Assembly (NCBI GenBank): GCA_016207805.1
Contig: JACQZO010000020.1
Span: forward strand, 35,634 to 99,633
Length of the DNA stretch: 64,000 nucleotides
Origin: Candidatus Abawacabacteria bacterium
Lineage (GTDB): Bacteria > Patescibacteriota > Gracilibacteria > RBG-16-42-10
Reading direction: 5' to 3'
In this document: in pieces, positions 9,254 to 18,488 of the stretch
Layout: each line of letters opens with the position of its first letter
Position numbering within the stretch: the first letter of the stretch is position 1
Made by a program: the position numbers and the translations under genes
Notes under the pieces: model-generated
Told to the model about the DNA's origin: nothing
The model's database searches: none
What the model saw: only the letters and a program-made list of their open reading frames with translations

Positions 9254-9522
9254 GAAAAGATAAGAGCCTGCATTTGCTCAGCAGAGATTTTCTTTCCCTT
9301 CTTTTTTAATCTTTCCTTGGCTAGTATGGCCAGAATAATATCCTCTAACACTTCAAGCTTCTTTTCTTTTTGTTCATAACTTTCAAAGCTTTCCATCACC
9401 CCAATAGGTTTTCCTTTTTGAGTCACTATTACTCTTTTCCCCTCAAGAGCCTTAAAAACCTTCCCCCCTTCACTTCGTAATTCACTAGTACCAACAATCA
9501 CCGCACCATCTGTTGTATACAT
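9250..9522 (-). CDS. type II antitoxin, Phd/YefM-like
   Basis: Best start is MYTTDGAVIVGTSELRS..GKRVIVTQKGKPIGVMESFESYE (Phd/YefM-like N-terminal fold signature). Translationally coupled with the RelE-like ORF. The longer ORF-track start at 9561 is less likely. Confidence 0.75.
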   Translation of the reverse strand: MYTTDGAVIVGTSELRSEGGKVFKALEGKRVIVTQKGKPIGVMESFESYEQKEKKLEVLEDIILAILAKERLKKKGKKISAEQMQALIFS

Positions 9523-9641
9523 ACTAATACAGTTAAATATACAATTAGTATTATAGCACAAACGTTGACCGTAACATAATTACCAATCTCGATTGTGCTC
9601 GTTACTAGAAAAAAGTAGACTCAATTCAGAAATCTTCCTCT

Positions 9642-10100
9642 ATGCAAAAAAAATTCCTGATCGGTTTTGCCTTGGTATTTTCTGTAGGAGTCTTCGCACC
9701 TGGTTACCTGGTGTACTATATGAAGACAAATCCAGCATCAATCCCCACTCTCATACCATATTTCATTTTTGGTTTCCCCATATTGATATTTGTCTTAGTA
9801 ATTGGCTTCAATATTTGGTTCCGTAAAGGCATGAGTCCCAGTAATAAGCAAAATAGCTACCTGCTACAAAACGGGGAAAAAGCCTCAGCAAAAATTCTCA
9901 CCGTCGAGGATACCGGTATTACTCTTGATCGCCTTTACCTGGTCATTCGAATCACTATGCAAGTAATGCCTACTGGTCGAAACCCTTTCTCTAGTATCTT
10001 AGAAATACCAGTGTCTCGAGTCCAAATCCCAAGGCCTGGAGATATGGTGCAAGTACTATTTGATCCTCAAAATCCTCAGAGCATTATGCTTACTCAATAG
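9642..10100 (+). CDS. small membrane protein, unknown function
   Basis: 152 aa. Two or three N-terminal hydrophobic helices (FLIGFALVFSVGVFAPGYLVYY, LIPYFIFGFPILIFVLVIGFNIWF) followed by a soluble C-terminal domain. Confidence 0.6.
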   Translation: MQKKFLIGFALVFSVGVFAPGYLVYYMKTNPASIPTLIPYFIFGFPILIFVLVIGFNIWFRKGMSPSNKQNSYLLQNGEKASAKILTVEDTGITLDRLYLVIRITMQVMPTGRNPFSSILEIPVSRVQIPRPGDMVQVLFDPQNPQSIMLTQ

Positions 10101-10112
10101 CTAACTATTTTT

Positions 10113-11810
10113 ATGGAAAAAACTTGCATCAAATGTAAGCAAATATTTCCTATTAGTGAAGCTGACTTAGCTATGTATGCGAAGTTGTCTCCCCAGGTAG
10201 GCAGTAAAGTTCTGGCTATACCCACTCCCACCTTGTGTAGACTATGTCGCTTACAAAGGCGCTTAGCCTACCGAAATGAACGCAACTTCTATCCCCGAAA
10301 ATGCAGCGCCACTGGAGAGGATATTATTGCTATCTACAATGAAACAGCAAAATTCCCTGTCTACAATCAGAAAACATGGTGGGGAGATAGCTGGGATCCT
10401 AAAGCTTTTGGTCGTGACTTTGATTTCAGCCGTCCCCTTTTCGATCAATTAGCGGAACAACGCGATCAAGTCCCTCGTTTGGCATTACTATCATATACGT
10501 CAGAAAACTCCACCTATACCAATCATTCTGGAGACAATAAAAACTGCTATCTTTCTACTATTGTTTGGGAGTGTGAAGATGTTTATTTCGGTAGAAAGGT
10601 ATTCAACTCACGACTAGTTTTTGACTCCACCTTTATCATCCACAATGGCCAAATTCTCTATCAGTGTTGCTGGGGAGAAAACCTCTACAATTGCCAGTTC
10701 ACAAATTTTTGTAATAATTCTTCAAATTTAAAGTTTTGTCATAACTGCAAAAGTAGCAAGGATTGTTTTATGAGTAGTAATCTCCGAAATAAACAATATG
10801 TCTTTGTTAATGAACAATTGTCAAAAGAAGCCTACGAAACCAAGTTAGCGACCATAGACTTGGGTAGTAGAAAAGTATTGGACAAATATCAAGCTGAATT
10901 TACTAAGTTGTGTGAAACCACAATCAAACAGGCGCAACATATTGATAAATGTGAAAATGCCACTGGTGATTATTTATTGGAGTGCAAAGATATGCACATG
11001 TGTTTCTGTGGTTATCGGGCTGAAAGTTGTCGCTATTGCATTGAATATGATGGTGCCGGAGGAATGAAAATGGTTAGGGATTGTATGGATGCCTATGGCT
11101 TTGGCGAAAGTGAATTATTATATGAAGTACAAGGCCAATCGAATGGTTATAACAACAAGTTTTGTTCACTCTCTTTCAACGTAGCGGACTCGCTCTACTT
11201 AGACATGTGCTTTGGAGTAAAAAATTGCTTTGGCTGTGTGGGACTCCACAATAAAGAACAGTACTGCATTTTAAACAAACAGTATTCTAAAGAGGAGTAT
11301 GAACAACTAGTACCTAAAATTGTTGATCAATTAATTGCGAATGGCGAATGGGGTGAATTCTTTCCTGCTCGTATTTCCCCATTTGGTTACAATGAAAGTG
11401 ATGCAAAAAACTTCTTTCCCTTGACTAAGGAAAAAGCTCGTGAACAAGGCTTCCACTGGAGTGATTATGTTACTCCTACTCCAAGTATCAAAACTATTTC
11501 AGCGAGTGAGTTACCTGATAATATCAAGGATACAGATACAAGCATTCTCAACGTCGCTATTGAATGCTCAGTGAGCAAAAAACCATTCCGTATTCTTAAA
11601 CAAGAGTTAGATTTCTATCAACAAAATAATATTGCTCTACCTCAGAAACATCCCGAAGTACGTTATACCGAACGCATTGCCGCCATTAATTTACCGTATC
11701 TCTACGATGGCCAATGTTCTAGCTGTCAAAAAGCATTAGCAACGAGTTATTCGCCAGAGAAACAAAACAATCTTTACTGCCAAGTTTGTTACGAAAAGAT
11801 GCTGTACTAA
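10113..11810 (+). CDS. Cys-rich family, array member 5 (N1+ N2- C1- C2+)
   Basis: 565 aa. CIKCKQ..CRLCRLQRRLAYRNE..RKCSATGEDII, no YCxxC. C-module ECSVSKKPFRILKQEL..KHPEVRY and QCSSCQ..LYCQVCY. Near-twin of member 6. Confidence 0.9.
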   Translation: MEKTCIKCKQIFPISEADLAMYAKLSPQVGSKVLAIPTPTLCRLCRLQRRLAYRNERNFYPRKCSATGEDIIAIYNETAKFPVYNQKTWWGDSWDPKAFGRDFDFSRPLFDQLAEQRDQVPRLALLSYTSENSTYTNHSGDNKNCYLSTIVWECEDVYFGRKVFNSRLVFDSTFIIHNGQILYQCCWGENLYNCQFTNFCNNSSNLKFCHNCKSSKDCFMSSNLRNKQYVFVNEQLSKEAYETKLATIDLGSRKVLDKYQAEFTKLCETTIKQAQHIDKCENATGDYLLECKDMHMCFCGYRAESCRYCIEYDGAGGMKMVRDCMDAYGFGESELLYEVQGQSNGYNNKFCSLSFNVADSLYLDMCFGVKNCFGCVGLHNKEQYCILNKQYSKEEYEQLVPKIVDQLIANGEWGEFFPARISPFGYNESDAKNFFPLTKEKAREQGFHWSDYVTPTPSIKTISASELPDNIKDTDTSILNVAIECSVSKKPFRILKQELDFYQQNNIALPQKHPEVRYTERIAAINLPYLYDGQCSSCQKALATSYSPEKQNNLYCQVCYEKMLY

Positions 11811-11819
11811 TTGAATTCT

Positions 11820-13517
11820 ATGAATAAACAGTGTGTCAAATGTAGCAACACATTCATGATCACTGAAATTGAAAAGGAAATCCTTCACAAGCTCTCACCG
11901 CAAATAGGCGGCAAAGTATATTCTTTGCCATTACCGACATTTTGCCCAGCTTGTAGATTGCAGAGACGATTTGTTTATCGCAATGAACGCCATTTTTATT
12001 CTCGGCTTTGTAGTTTTACTAAAGAACCGATTATTTCTATTTATAATGAAACAGTACCCTTCCCCGTCTACAATCAAGACATTTGGTGGAGTGACAGCTG
12101 GGATCCCAAAAGTTACAGCAGAGATTTTGATTACAGTCGTTCCTTTTTTGATCAGTGGCAAGAATTACGTGGTGTAGTTCCGAGAATAGCATTATTATCT
12201 AAAAATTCAGAGAATTCTGCTTATTCCAATCATGCCGGTAACAATAAAGACTGCTATCTTTCGACTATAGTTTTTAACTGTGAAAATGTTTACTTCTCTC
12301 GCAAGGTTTTGAGCTCACAGCAAATCTTTGATTCTAGTTTTATTCTCAAAAAAGGCGAAATCTTATACCAATGCTTATGGGGTGAGGCCTTATATCATTG
12401 CATCTATTGCCTGTTCTGCACCAATTCTTCGGACCTGCTTTTTTGCTATGATTGCAAAAGCTGCAAAGACTGTTTCATGAGTAGTAATCTGCGCAATAAA
12501 CAATATGTTTTTTGCAATCAGCAATGCAACAAGGAAGAATATGAAGCCAAGTTAGCATTCATTGATACTGGAAGCTTCAGCAAATTGGAAAGCTGCTTGC
12601 AAATGTTTCAGGACCTTTGCCAAAAAGCAATTAGACCAGCATTAAAAATTGAAAAGTCGGAAAATACGACCGGAGATTATTTATCAGAATGCAAAGACGT
12701 GCAAAATTGTTATTATGCCTATAAAGGAGAAAGTTGTTTCCACTGTATGGACTTCGATGCCACTATGAGCCATAAAATCAATAAGGATTGTATGGATTGT
12801 TATGGTTTTGGCAGCTCAGAATTACTTTATGAAGTCCAAGCTCAAGCCAATGGTTACAATAATAAGTTTTGTTCATTATCCTATGATGTTTCAGACTGTC
12901 TTTATGTCGATATGTGTTTCAATATTAAAAACTGTTTCGGCTGTGTCGGCTTACATGCCAAAGAAGAATATTGCGTTTTAAATAAGCAATACACTAAAGA
13001 GGAGTATGAAACATTGGTACCAAAAATCATTAACCATATGCGAACAACCAACGAATGGGGAGAGTTTTTCCCCAGCAGTACTTCACCATTTGGCTATAAT
13101 GAAACCAATGCCCAAGTTTTCTTTCCTTTAGATAAACATAGCGCGCTTAGCCAAGGTTTCTTCTGGAGTGATTATGCAATCCCACCACTGGAAGTAGAAA
13201 CTATCGCCACTGACCAATTACCAGATCATGTCCGAGATACTCCAGATAGTATTCTCACTAAGGCAATTGAGTGCGAAGTAAGCAAGAAGCCTTTCCGCCT
13301 TTTGAAACAAGAACTAGCTTTTTATCGGCAAAATAATATTGCCTTACCCAGAAAACATCCTGACATTCGTTACCAAGAACGGATGAAAAACTTAAATTTA
13401 CCATTTCTTTATCAAGCACTTTGTCACCAGTGTCAAAAAGAGATTGATACCAGCTACCCACCTTCAGAACAGCATAATATTTATTGTCAGACATGTTACG
13501 AAAAAGCTTTGTATTAA
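11820..13517 (+). CDS. Cys-rich family, array member 6 (N1+ N2- C1- C2+)
   Basis: ATG at 11820, 9 nt after the member 5 stop (the ORF track begins at TTG 11811). Collinear with member 5 along its whole length (CVKCSN..CPACRLQRR, ECEVSKKPFRLLKQEL..KHPDIRY, LCHQCQ..IYCQTCY). Confidence 0.9.
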   Translation: MNKQCVKCSNTFMITEIEKEILHKLSPQIGGKVYSLPLPTFCPACRLQRRFVYRNERHFYSRLCSFTKEPIISIYNETVPFPVYNQDIWWSDSWDPKSYSRDFDYSRSFFDQWQELRGVVPRIALLSKNSENSAYSNHAGNNKDCYLSTIVFNCENVYFSRKVLSSQQIFDSSFILKKGEILYQCLWGEALYHCIYCLFCTNSSDLLFCYDCKSCKDCFMSSNLRNKQYVFCNQQCNKEEYEAKLAFIDTGSFSKLESCLQMFQDLCQKAIRPALKIEKSENTTGDYLSECKDVQNCYYAYKGESCFHCMDFDATMSHKINKDCMDCYGFGSSELLYEVQAQANGYNNKFCSLSYDVSDCLYVDMCFNIKNCFGCVGLHAKEEYCVLNKQYTKEEYETLVPKIINHMRTTNEWGEFFPSSTSPFGYNETNAQVFFPLDKHSALSQGFFWSDYAIPPLEVETIATDQLPDHVRDTPDSILTKAIECEVSKKPFRLLKQELAFYRQNNIALPRKHPDIRYQERMKNLNLPFLYQALCHQCQKEIDTSYPPSEQHNIYCQTCYEKALY

Positions 13518-13582
13518 ATTTTGTCACCAACTATTGAACAGACAAAGGCAAATCTCTACACTAAAAGCAACTATCCATTGTG

Positions 13583-15307
13583 ATGTCGACAATATGTAGC
13601 AATTGTCAAAATACGTTTCTTATTAGCGAAAGTGACCAAGCATTTTATCAGAAAATTGCTCCTTTTTTTGCTGGTCAAAGTTATCCAATCCCTCCGCCCA
13701 CCCTCTGTCCTACTTGTCGTCAGCAAAGACGGCTGGCCACTAGAAATGATGACACGCTTTATAATCGTAACTGTTCAAAGTGTCACAAAAGCATCATTTC
13801 TATTTACCCAGAAGTAAAAGAATATCCTGTATATTGCAGCGCTTGTTGGTGGTCAGATCAGTGGGACGCTGGAGATCATTATGAAGAATACAATTTTAGT
13901 AAAAGCTTTTTCCCCCAATTCGAATCATTAAGAGCAAAAGTTCCACGCTTAGGGTTGATCAATAGAAATGCCGAAAATAGTGAATATACTCATTACACTT
14001 CTCATAATAAAAACTGTTATCTCATTTTTAATGCTGATGATAATCAAGATTGCTATTACTCTCACTCATTAGATGCTTGTCGCGATTGTATAGACATGTA
14101 TTGGTCAGGAAGATCAGAACTATGCTATGAGGGAATCTCAGTTGGAGCCAGTTACAATAGCCAGTTTTGTACTCATGTAGAAAATATGAGTGACTGCTAT
14201 TTTTGTTATGACTGCAAAGATTGTCATCATTGTTTTGGCTGCTTCAGCTTAGATCACAAAGAATATCATATTTATAATCAGCCTTATTCAAAGGAAGAAT
14301 ATGAAGAAGGAATACAAACTATTAGAAAACAGAAAAAAAGTCACACAGGCCTGATGGCTCTCAAAAAAGAGGTGGCACAGTTTTTTCTTACCTTACCCCA
14401 TCAATACGCCACTATTACTAATTGTGAAAATTGCACCGGAAATTATTTAGTTAGTTGTAATAACTGTATCAACTGTTTCAATCTCACTCGGGCTCAAGAT
14501 TGTAAATATATTTATGATGGCAGCAACATCAAAGATGCTTATGATGGCAACTTTTGCGGTCTTCAGAACTCACAGCTGATGTACGAGGTACAAGACTGTT
14601 GGTTTGGTTATCAAATGTTTTTTTCTACTACCTGCTGGAATTGCAATAATATGTATTATTGTGATCATTGTTTTTATTCTAACAATTGTTTTGGTTGTAT
14701 TGGTTTACGAAGAAAGGAATATTGTATTTTGAATAAACAATATACGAAGGAGGAATACGAAAAGCTGGTACCACAAATTATTAAGCAGATGAGTGGTGGT
14801 AGCAAGAATGAAGATACAGAGGAGCTAAGACGCAGACAAACACAAAGACCAAGACAAGAGGAGGCACTAGAAGGAAGACAAGAATGGGAATGGGGGGAGT
14901 TTTTTCCTATGTCTTTGGCACTGTTTGCATACCATGAGACTATGGCACAACAGTATTTCCCTCAACCGGGAAATGCAGCCCAAGTAGCCATATCAACTAC
15001 AGATTCTCTACCTGATACTATTGATGCTATTGGCGATGGGATTCTACAAAGTACCCTTCATTGCTCACAATGCCAAAAAGGCTATCGCATAGTCCCACAA
15101 GAACTTGCCTTCTATCGCCAAAGAGAATTACCAATACCGAGGAAATGTTTCATGTGCCGCCAGTCTGATCGTGTAACTTTATGTTTAGAACGAAAATTGT
15201 ATGAACGTCACTGTCATAAATGTAACAGAGAACTTTTATCCCCTTACCAGGTTGATCGCCCTGAAACTATATTCTGCAATCAGTGTTACTTAGATTATCA
15301 TCATTAG
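13583..15307 (+). CDS. Cys-rich family, array member 7 (N1+ N2+ C1+ C2+) with charged insert
   Basis: ATG at 13583 (GTG at 13580 is also possible). CSNCQ..CPTCRQQRR..RNCSKCHKSIISIY..VYCSACWW. C-module CSQCQKGYRIVPQEL..CFMCRQ..HCHKC..IFCNQCY. Unique insert SKNEDTEELRRRQTQRPRQEEALEGRQE just before WGEFFP. Sister of member 10. Confidence 0.9.
   Translation: MSTICSNCQNTFLISESDQAFYQKIAPFFAGQSYPIPPPTLCPTCRQQRRLATRNDDTLYNRNCSKCHKSIISIYPEVKEYPVYCSACWWSDQWDAGDHYEEYNFSKSFFPQFESLRAKVPRLGLINRNAENSEYTHYTSHNKNCYLIFNADDNQDCYYSHSLDACRDCIDMYWSGRSELCYEGISVGASYNSQFCTHVENMSDCYFCYDCKDCHHCFGCFSLDHKEYHIYNQPYSKEEYEEGIQTIRKQKKSHTGLMALKKEVAQFFLTLPHQYATITNCENCTGNYLVSCNNCINCFNLTRAQDCKYIYDGSNIKDAYDGNFCGLQNSQLMYEVQDCWFGYQMFFSTTCWNCNNMYYCDHCFYSNNCFGCIGLRRKEYCILNKQYTKEEYEKLVPQIIKQMSGGSKNEDTEELRRRQTQRPRQEEALEGRQEWEWGEFFPMSLALFAYHETMAQQYFPQPGNAAQVAISTTDSLPDTIDAIGDGILQSTLHCSQCQKGYRIVPQELAFYRQRELPIPRKCFMCRQSDRVTLCLERKLYERHCHKCNRELLSPYQVDRPETIFCNQCYLDYHH
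14827..14864 (+). repeat. heptamer-repeat-like segment inside the member 7 coding sequence
   Basis: aagacgcagacaaa (14827-14840) and gaccaagaca (14847-14856) match exactly the inverted-repeat arm at 41761-41784 that flanks a four-helix-bundle gene. Confidence 0.75.
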
Positions 15308-15310
15308 CCC

Positions 15311-15342
15311 AATTCTGAATTCAGCATTCAGAATTCAGAATT
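15311..15342 (+). repeat. heptamer tract, CTGAATT class, 3' of member 7 stop
   Basis: aattctg aattcag cattcag aattcag aatt, starting 4 nt after the stop. Confidence 0.8.
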
Positions 15343-15364
15343 AACTTCATATTTCCCACCACCT

Positions 15365-17071
15365 ATGACTACCTGCAAACAATGTTCTCTACAATTCGAA
15401 GTCACGCCCCAAGACTTAAGTTTCTATGCCAAAGTTTCACCAGTTTTCGCTGGCAAAAAGTATCAAGTTCTAGCCCCCACTCTTTGTCCTGATTGTAGAC
15501 AACAAAGACGCTTGGCATTTCGTAATGAGAGAAAACTCTACAACCGTATTTGTAATATTTGCAAACAGCCTTTCATTTCTATTTATTCTCCAGACAAAGT
15601 CACTGATTCCGGCAAAGCTCTATCAGTATATTGCACCAAATGTTGGTGGAGTGATCAATGGGATCCAATGACTTATGGACAAGAATACGATTTTTCTCAG
15701 ACATTCTTTAGTCAATGGAAAAAGTTATGGCAAACGATGCCTAGATTAGGTCTGTTGGTGTGGGGAGATGGCATTAATAGTGACTACACTCATGATGTAA
15801 TCAAATGCGTGAACAGTTATTTAATTTTTGATGGAGAACAAGCCCAGGAATGTTTTTATGGGGAAACATTTCATACCATTAAGGATTGCGTAGATTTCCT
15901 CAAGTTGCGCAGCTGCGAACTTGGTTATGAGATTATCGATTGTATTAACTGTTACAATATTCAGCACAGTCGTTTTTCCGAAAACTGTAGTGATTCCTAT
16001 TTCTTATTAGATTGTATTGGTTGCAAAAATTGCTTTGGTTGTGTCAATTTAAGACAAAAAGAATATTACATATTTAACCAACCTTTTAGCAAAGAAGAGT
16101 ATCAAAAATTTATTACCAACGCTCAATTAGGAAACTACCAAAATCGTGAAGCATGGAGAATGCAAGCAGAAACTTTTTTTGCCAGCCAACCAAAGAAAGC
16201 GTATCGGGGAAGAATGAATGAAAATAGTACCGGCAATAGCATTAACAACTGTCAAAACGCCTTCGATTCATTTGATTCTAATGGTCTCCGTGATAGTCGT
16301 TTTTGCACCAATATTATGTTGAGTGCGACTGATTGTTATGATGTAGACACGTGGGGAGAGAGTACTTCATTGATTTATAATTCTGCCATGGTTGGTCTAG
16401 GTAGTCAGCAAATGATTGGCGGTTATTATACTTGCTTTGATAGTCATGATATTTACCATTCCGCTTTTTGTTGGCAAGGATGCAATAATTTATTTGGTTG
16501 TGTCGGTCTAAAACATAAAGAATTTTGCATTTTAAACAAACAATACTCTAAAGAACAGTACCTTGAGCTAGTGCCCAAGATTATCGAAAATATGCAGAGC
16601 AATGGTGAATGGGCAGAATTTTTCCCTCCAATGCTTTCCGCCTTTGGTTACAATGAAACCGTAGCTAACGAATACTATCCTCTTTCCCGGGAAGAAGCAC
16701 TAAAAAAAGGCTTTTTGTGGAGTGATTATGAAGCACCAAAGCCTGCAGTAAAAAAGACTCTTAAAGCTGCAGAGTTGCCAATAGATATACAGTCGGTGAG
16801 TGATGAGATCTTAGATTATGCCATTGTTTGTGAAGTCAGTGGTAAGTTATTTCGTATTATCAAAGCAGAGTTAAACTTTTACCGACAACATAATATCCCA
16901 TTGCCACATCGTCACCCAGACCAAAGACATAGTGACAGAATGCAACTTCGCCCACCACGAAAGCTATGGTCCAGAAAGTGTATGCAATGTCAGATGGCAG
17001 TATCGAGTCCTTATGGTACAGATAGACCGGAGAGAATTTTATGTGAAAATTGCTATTCAGATGAATTATAG
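15365..17071 (+). CDS. Cys-rich family, array member 8 (N1+ N2+ C1- C2+)
   Basis: 568 aa. CKQCS..CPDCRQQRRLAFRNE..RICNICKQPFISIY..VYCTKCWW. C-module VCEVSGKLFRIIKAEL..RHPDQRH and KCMQCQ..ILCENCY. Sister of member 3. Confidence 0.9.
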   Translation: MTTCKQCSLQFEVTPQDLSFYAKVSPVFAGKKYQVLAPTLCPDCRQQRRLAFRNERKLYNRICNICKQPFISIYSPDKVTDSGKALSVYCTKCWWSDQWDPMTYGQEYDFSQTFFSQWKKLWQTMPRLGLLVWGDGINSDYTHDVIKCVNSYLIFDGEQAQECFYGETFHTIKDCVDFLKLRSCELGYEIIDCINCYNIQHSRFSENCSDSYFLLDCIGCKNCFGCVNLRQKEYYIFNQPFSKEEYQKFITNAQLGNYQNREAWRMQAETFFASQPKKAYRGRMNENSTGNSINNCQNAFDSFDSNGLRDSRFCTNIMLSATDCYDVDTWGESTSLIYNSAMVGLGSQQMIGGYYTCFDSHDIYHSAFCWQGCNNLFGCVGLKHKEFCILNKQYSKEQYLELVPKIIENMQSNGEWAEFFPPMLSAFGYNETVANEYYPLSREEALKKGFLWSDYEAPKPAVKKTLKAAELPIDIQSVSDEILDYAIVCEVSGKLFRIIKAELNFYRQHNIPLPHRHPDQRHSDRMQLRPPRKLWSRKCMQCQMAVSSPYGTDRPERILCENCYSDEL

Positions 17072-17073
17072 AG

Positions 17074-17095
17074 GCTAAAATCTAGAATCTAAATT
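17074..17095 (+). repeat. heptamer tract, AATCTAR class, 3' of member 8 stop
   Basis: gctaaaa tctagaa tctaaat t, starting 3 nt after the stop. Confidence 0.8.
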
Positions 17096-17127
17096 AATGA
17101 GAAAGCTCAGAATTAAGAGTTTTTCTA

Positions 17128-17156
17128 TCTTAGCTCTAAGCTCTCAGCTCTTAGCT
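17128..17156 (-). repeat. heptamer tract, AGAGCTR class, abutting the stop of the minus-strand ORF 17157-18488
   Basis: The plus strand reads tcttagc tctaagc tctcagc tcttagc t. In the sense of the minus-strand gene this is AGCTAAG AGCTGAG AGCTTAG AGCTAAG directly after its stop. Confidence 0.8.
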
Positions 17157-18488
17157 TTAAATAACTGGTATTTCTATCAAAATATCTGCCGTCCTACTGC
17201 CCACAGTAATAAGAAAACGCTGTCGGCCATTGGTAGTTTTTCCTTTATCAACTATTTCAACTTGTTCTCGACCATTATGGGTATGAAAGTCGGCAATAGC
17301 TAAGCGCATGCGCCTTGCTAAACGACTTACCACAGCTTGATATTGAGCTTCATTTAATTGTTTGTAAGGATAAAGCAAACTTACTAGCCTTTTTCCTTCA
17401 GGTGTTAATAGTTGATTTAATATTCCTCTTAGCACACCAGCATGATGACCCAATGTCTCAGATTCAGCAGCACTGACATTACCCCTAATGCGATTAAAGT
17501 TATCCTTATAAGGTGTCATATTTGCAGCAGCACTATTTGGTGATTGCCTAGCAATAGTTGCCGCAGTAACTGGTACTTCTGCTGGCACTTCAGACACCGG
17601 AGTCTTAGCCTTAGCAAATACTCCTAGTAAACCGACTAACAGTTTAGCACGTAGTGAACTAGAGAAATAACGCCTCTTCCGACGAGCCACGACTTTTTCT
17701 ATCATCTTTTTATAGTCTTCAAATTCTTGAGCTTTCTTTTTTTGTTTATAACGCATTCTGATAGTAAATAGCCAATTCTTAAAGCGGCATGCTGCTTTTT
17801 TACCAACAGAACGCCAACTACACCATTCCTCTAAGTTGCATGCTTGCTGAAAAATATTATTTACTCTAAATACCATTTCTTCTGCTTGCGCCGGAGATAA
17901 AGGATGGGTATTGCCTCGCATCTTTTGATGATACTGATGGAACCAGGTTTGTAAGGCAGCTTTTAAGTCTACAATCATTTGTGGCTTGATTTGGCGATAA
18001 TCAATACATTGAACAAGTGCATTGTATGGTCGCTGAAGAATAGCAGGTACTGTAGTAGCAGAGATAATTGATAAAAGTTTATGCAACTGAGCAAGCAGAA
18101 TAGTTTTTGCCGTTAAGATATTTTCGATAATATTTACACTTTTATCCGCTAGCCTGGGAGCATTAAATTGATTTTCAATCTTTTGCCAATCCCCACTAGT
18201 AGCTAATAGCATTGGCGCAATAGCTTGAGGAGCTTCAATGGGAGCAATTAGCTGAGGAGCTTCTAAATCAGGTTCAAGCATGGGCCCAGTAGGAACATCC
18301 AATACTACTGCCCGTTCTTCGGTCAAAGGAGCAAGAGTTGGCTGTATTGCATCTGGACCCGATTTTGCGTCTGCTCCAGATTCAGTCACTTCTGTTAAAG
18401 CTTGCTGTATTTTATCCCTTACAGGAGCTCTAGGAGCACGCAGTTTAGGCTGCTCACGATTCCGCAAATCAACATCTATTCCATCCAT
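17157..18488 (-). CDS. hypothetical protein (orphan), Pro/Ala-rich N-terminal third
   Basis: 443 aa ORF with no recognisable domain. Short repeat EAPQLIAPIEAPQAIAP. The C-terminal about 50 aa resemble the C terminus of the 2724-4622 protein. Confidence 0.65.
   Translation of the reverse strand: MDGIDVDLRNREQPKLRAPRAPVRDKIQQALTEVTESGADAKSGPDAIQPTLAPLTEERAVVLDVPTGPMLEPDLEAPQLIAPIEAPQAIAPMLLATSGDWQKIENQFNAPRLADKSVNIIENILTAKTILLAQLHKLLSIISATTVPAILQRPYNALVQCIDYRQIKPQMIVDLKAALQTWFHQYHQKMRGNTHPLSPAQAEEMVFRVNNIFQQACNLEEWCSWRSVGKKAACRFKNWLFTIRMRYKQKKKAQEFEDYKKMIEKVVARRKRRYFSSSLRAKLLVGLLGVFAKAKTPVSEVPAEVPVTAATIARQSPNSAAANMTPYKDNFNRIRGNVSAAESETLGHHAGVLRGILNQLLTPEGKRLVSLLYPYKQLNEAQYQAVVSRLARRMRLAIADFHTHNGREQVEIVDKGKTTNGRQRFLITVGSRTADILIEIPVI

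Noticed and set aside
9593-9826. 77-aa ORF overlapping the start of the membrane protein gene at 9642-10100
   Set aside because: It is out of frame with and largely contained in the longer ORF, which has clear transmembrane segments. It has no independent support.
18181-18265. Repeated agct(t)gaggagcttc strings inside the 17157-18488 ORF as another in-frame heptamer element
   Set aside because: The repeat period is about 27-28 nt and corresponds to a 9-aa peptide repeat (EAPQ.IAPI). Resemblance to the AGAGCTR class is limited to GAGCT, so the evidence is insufficient.
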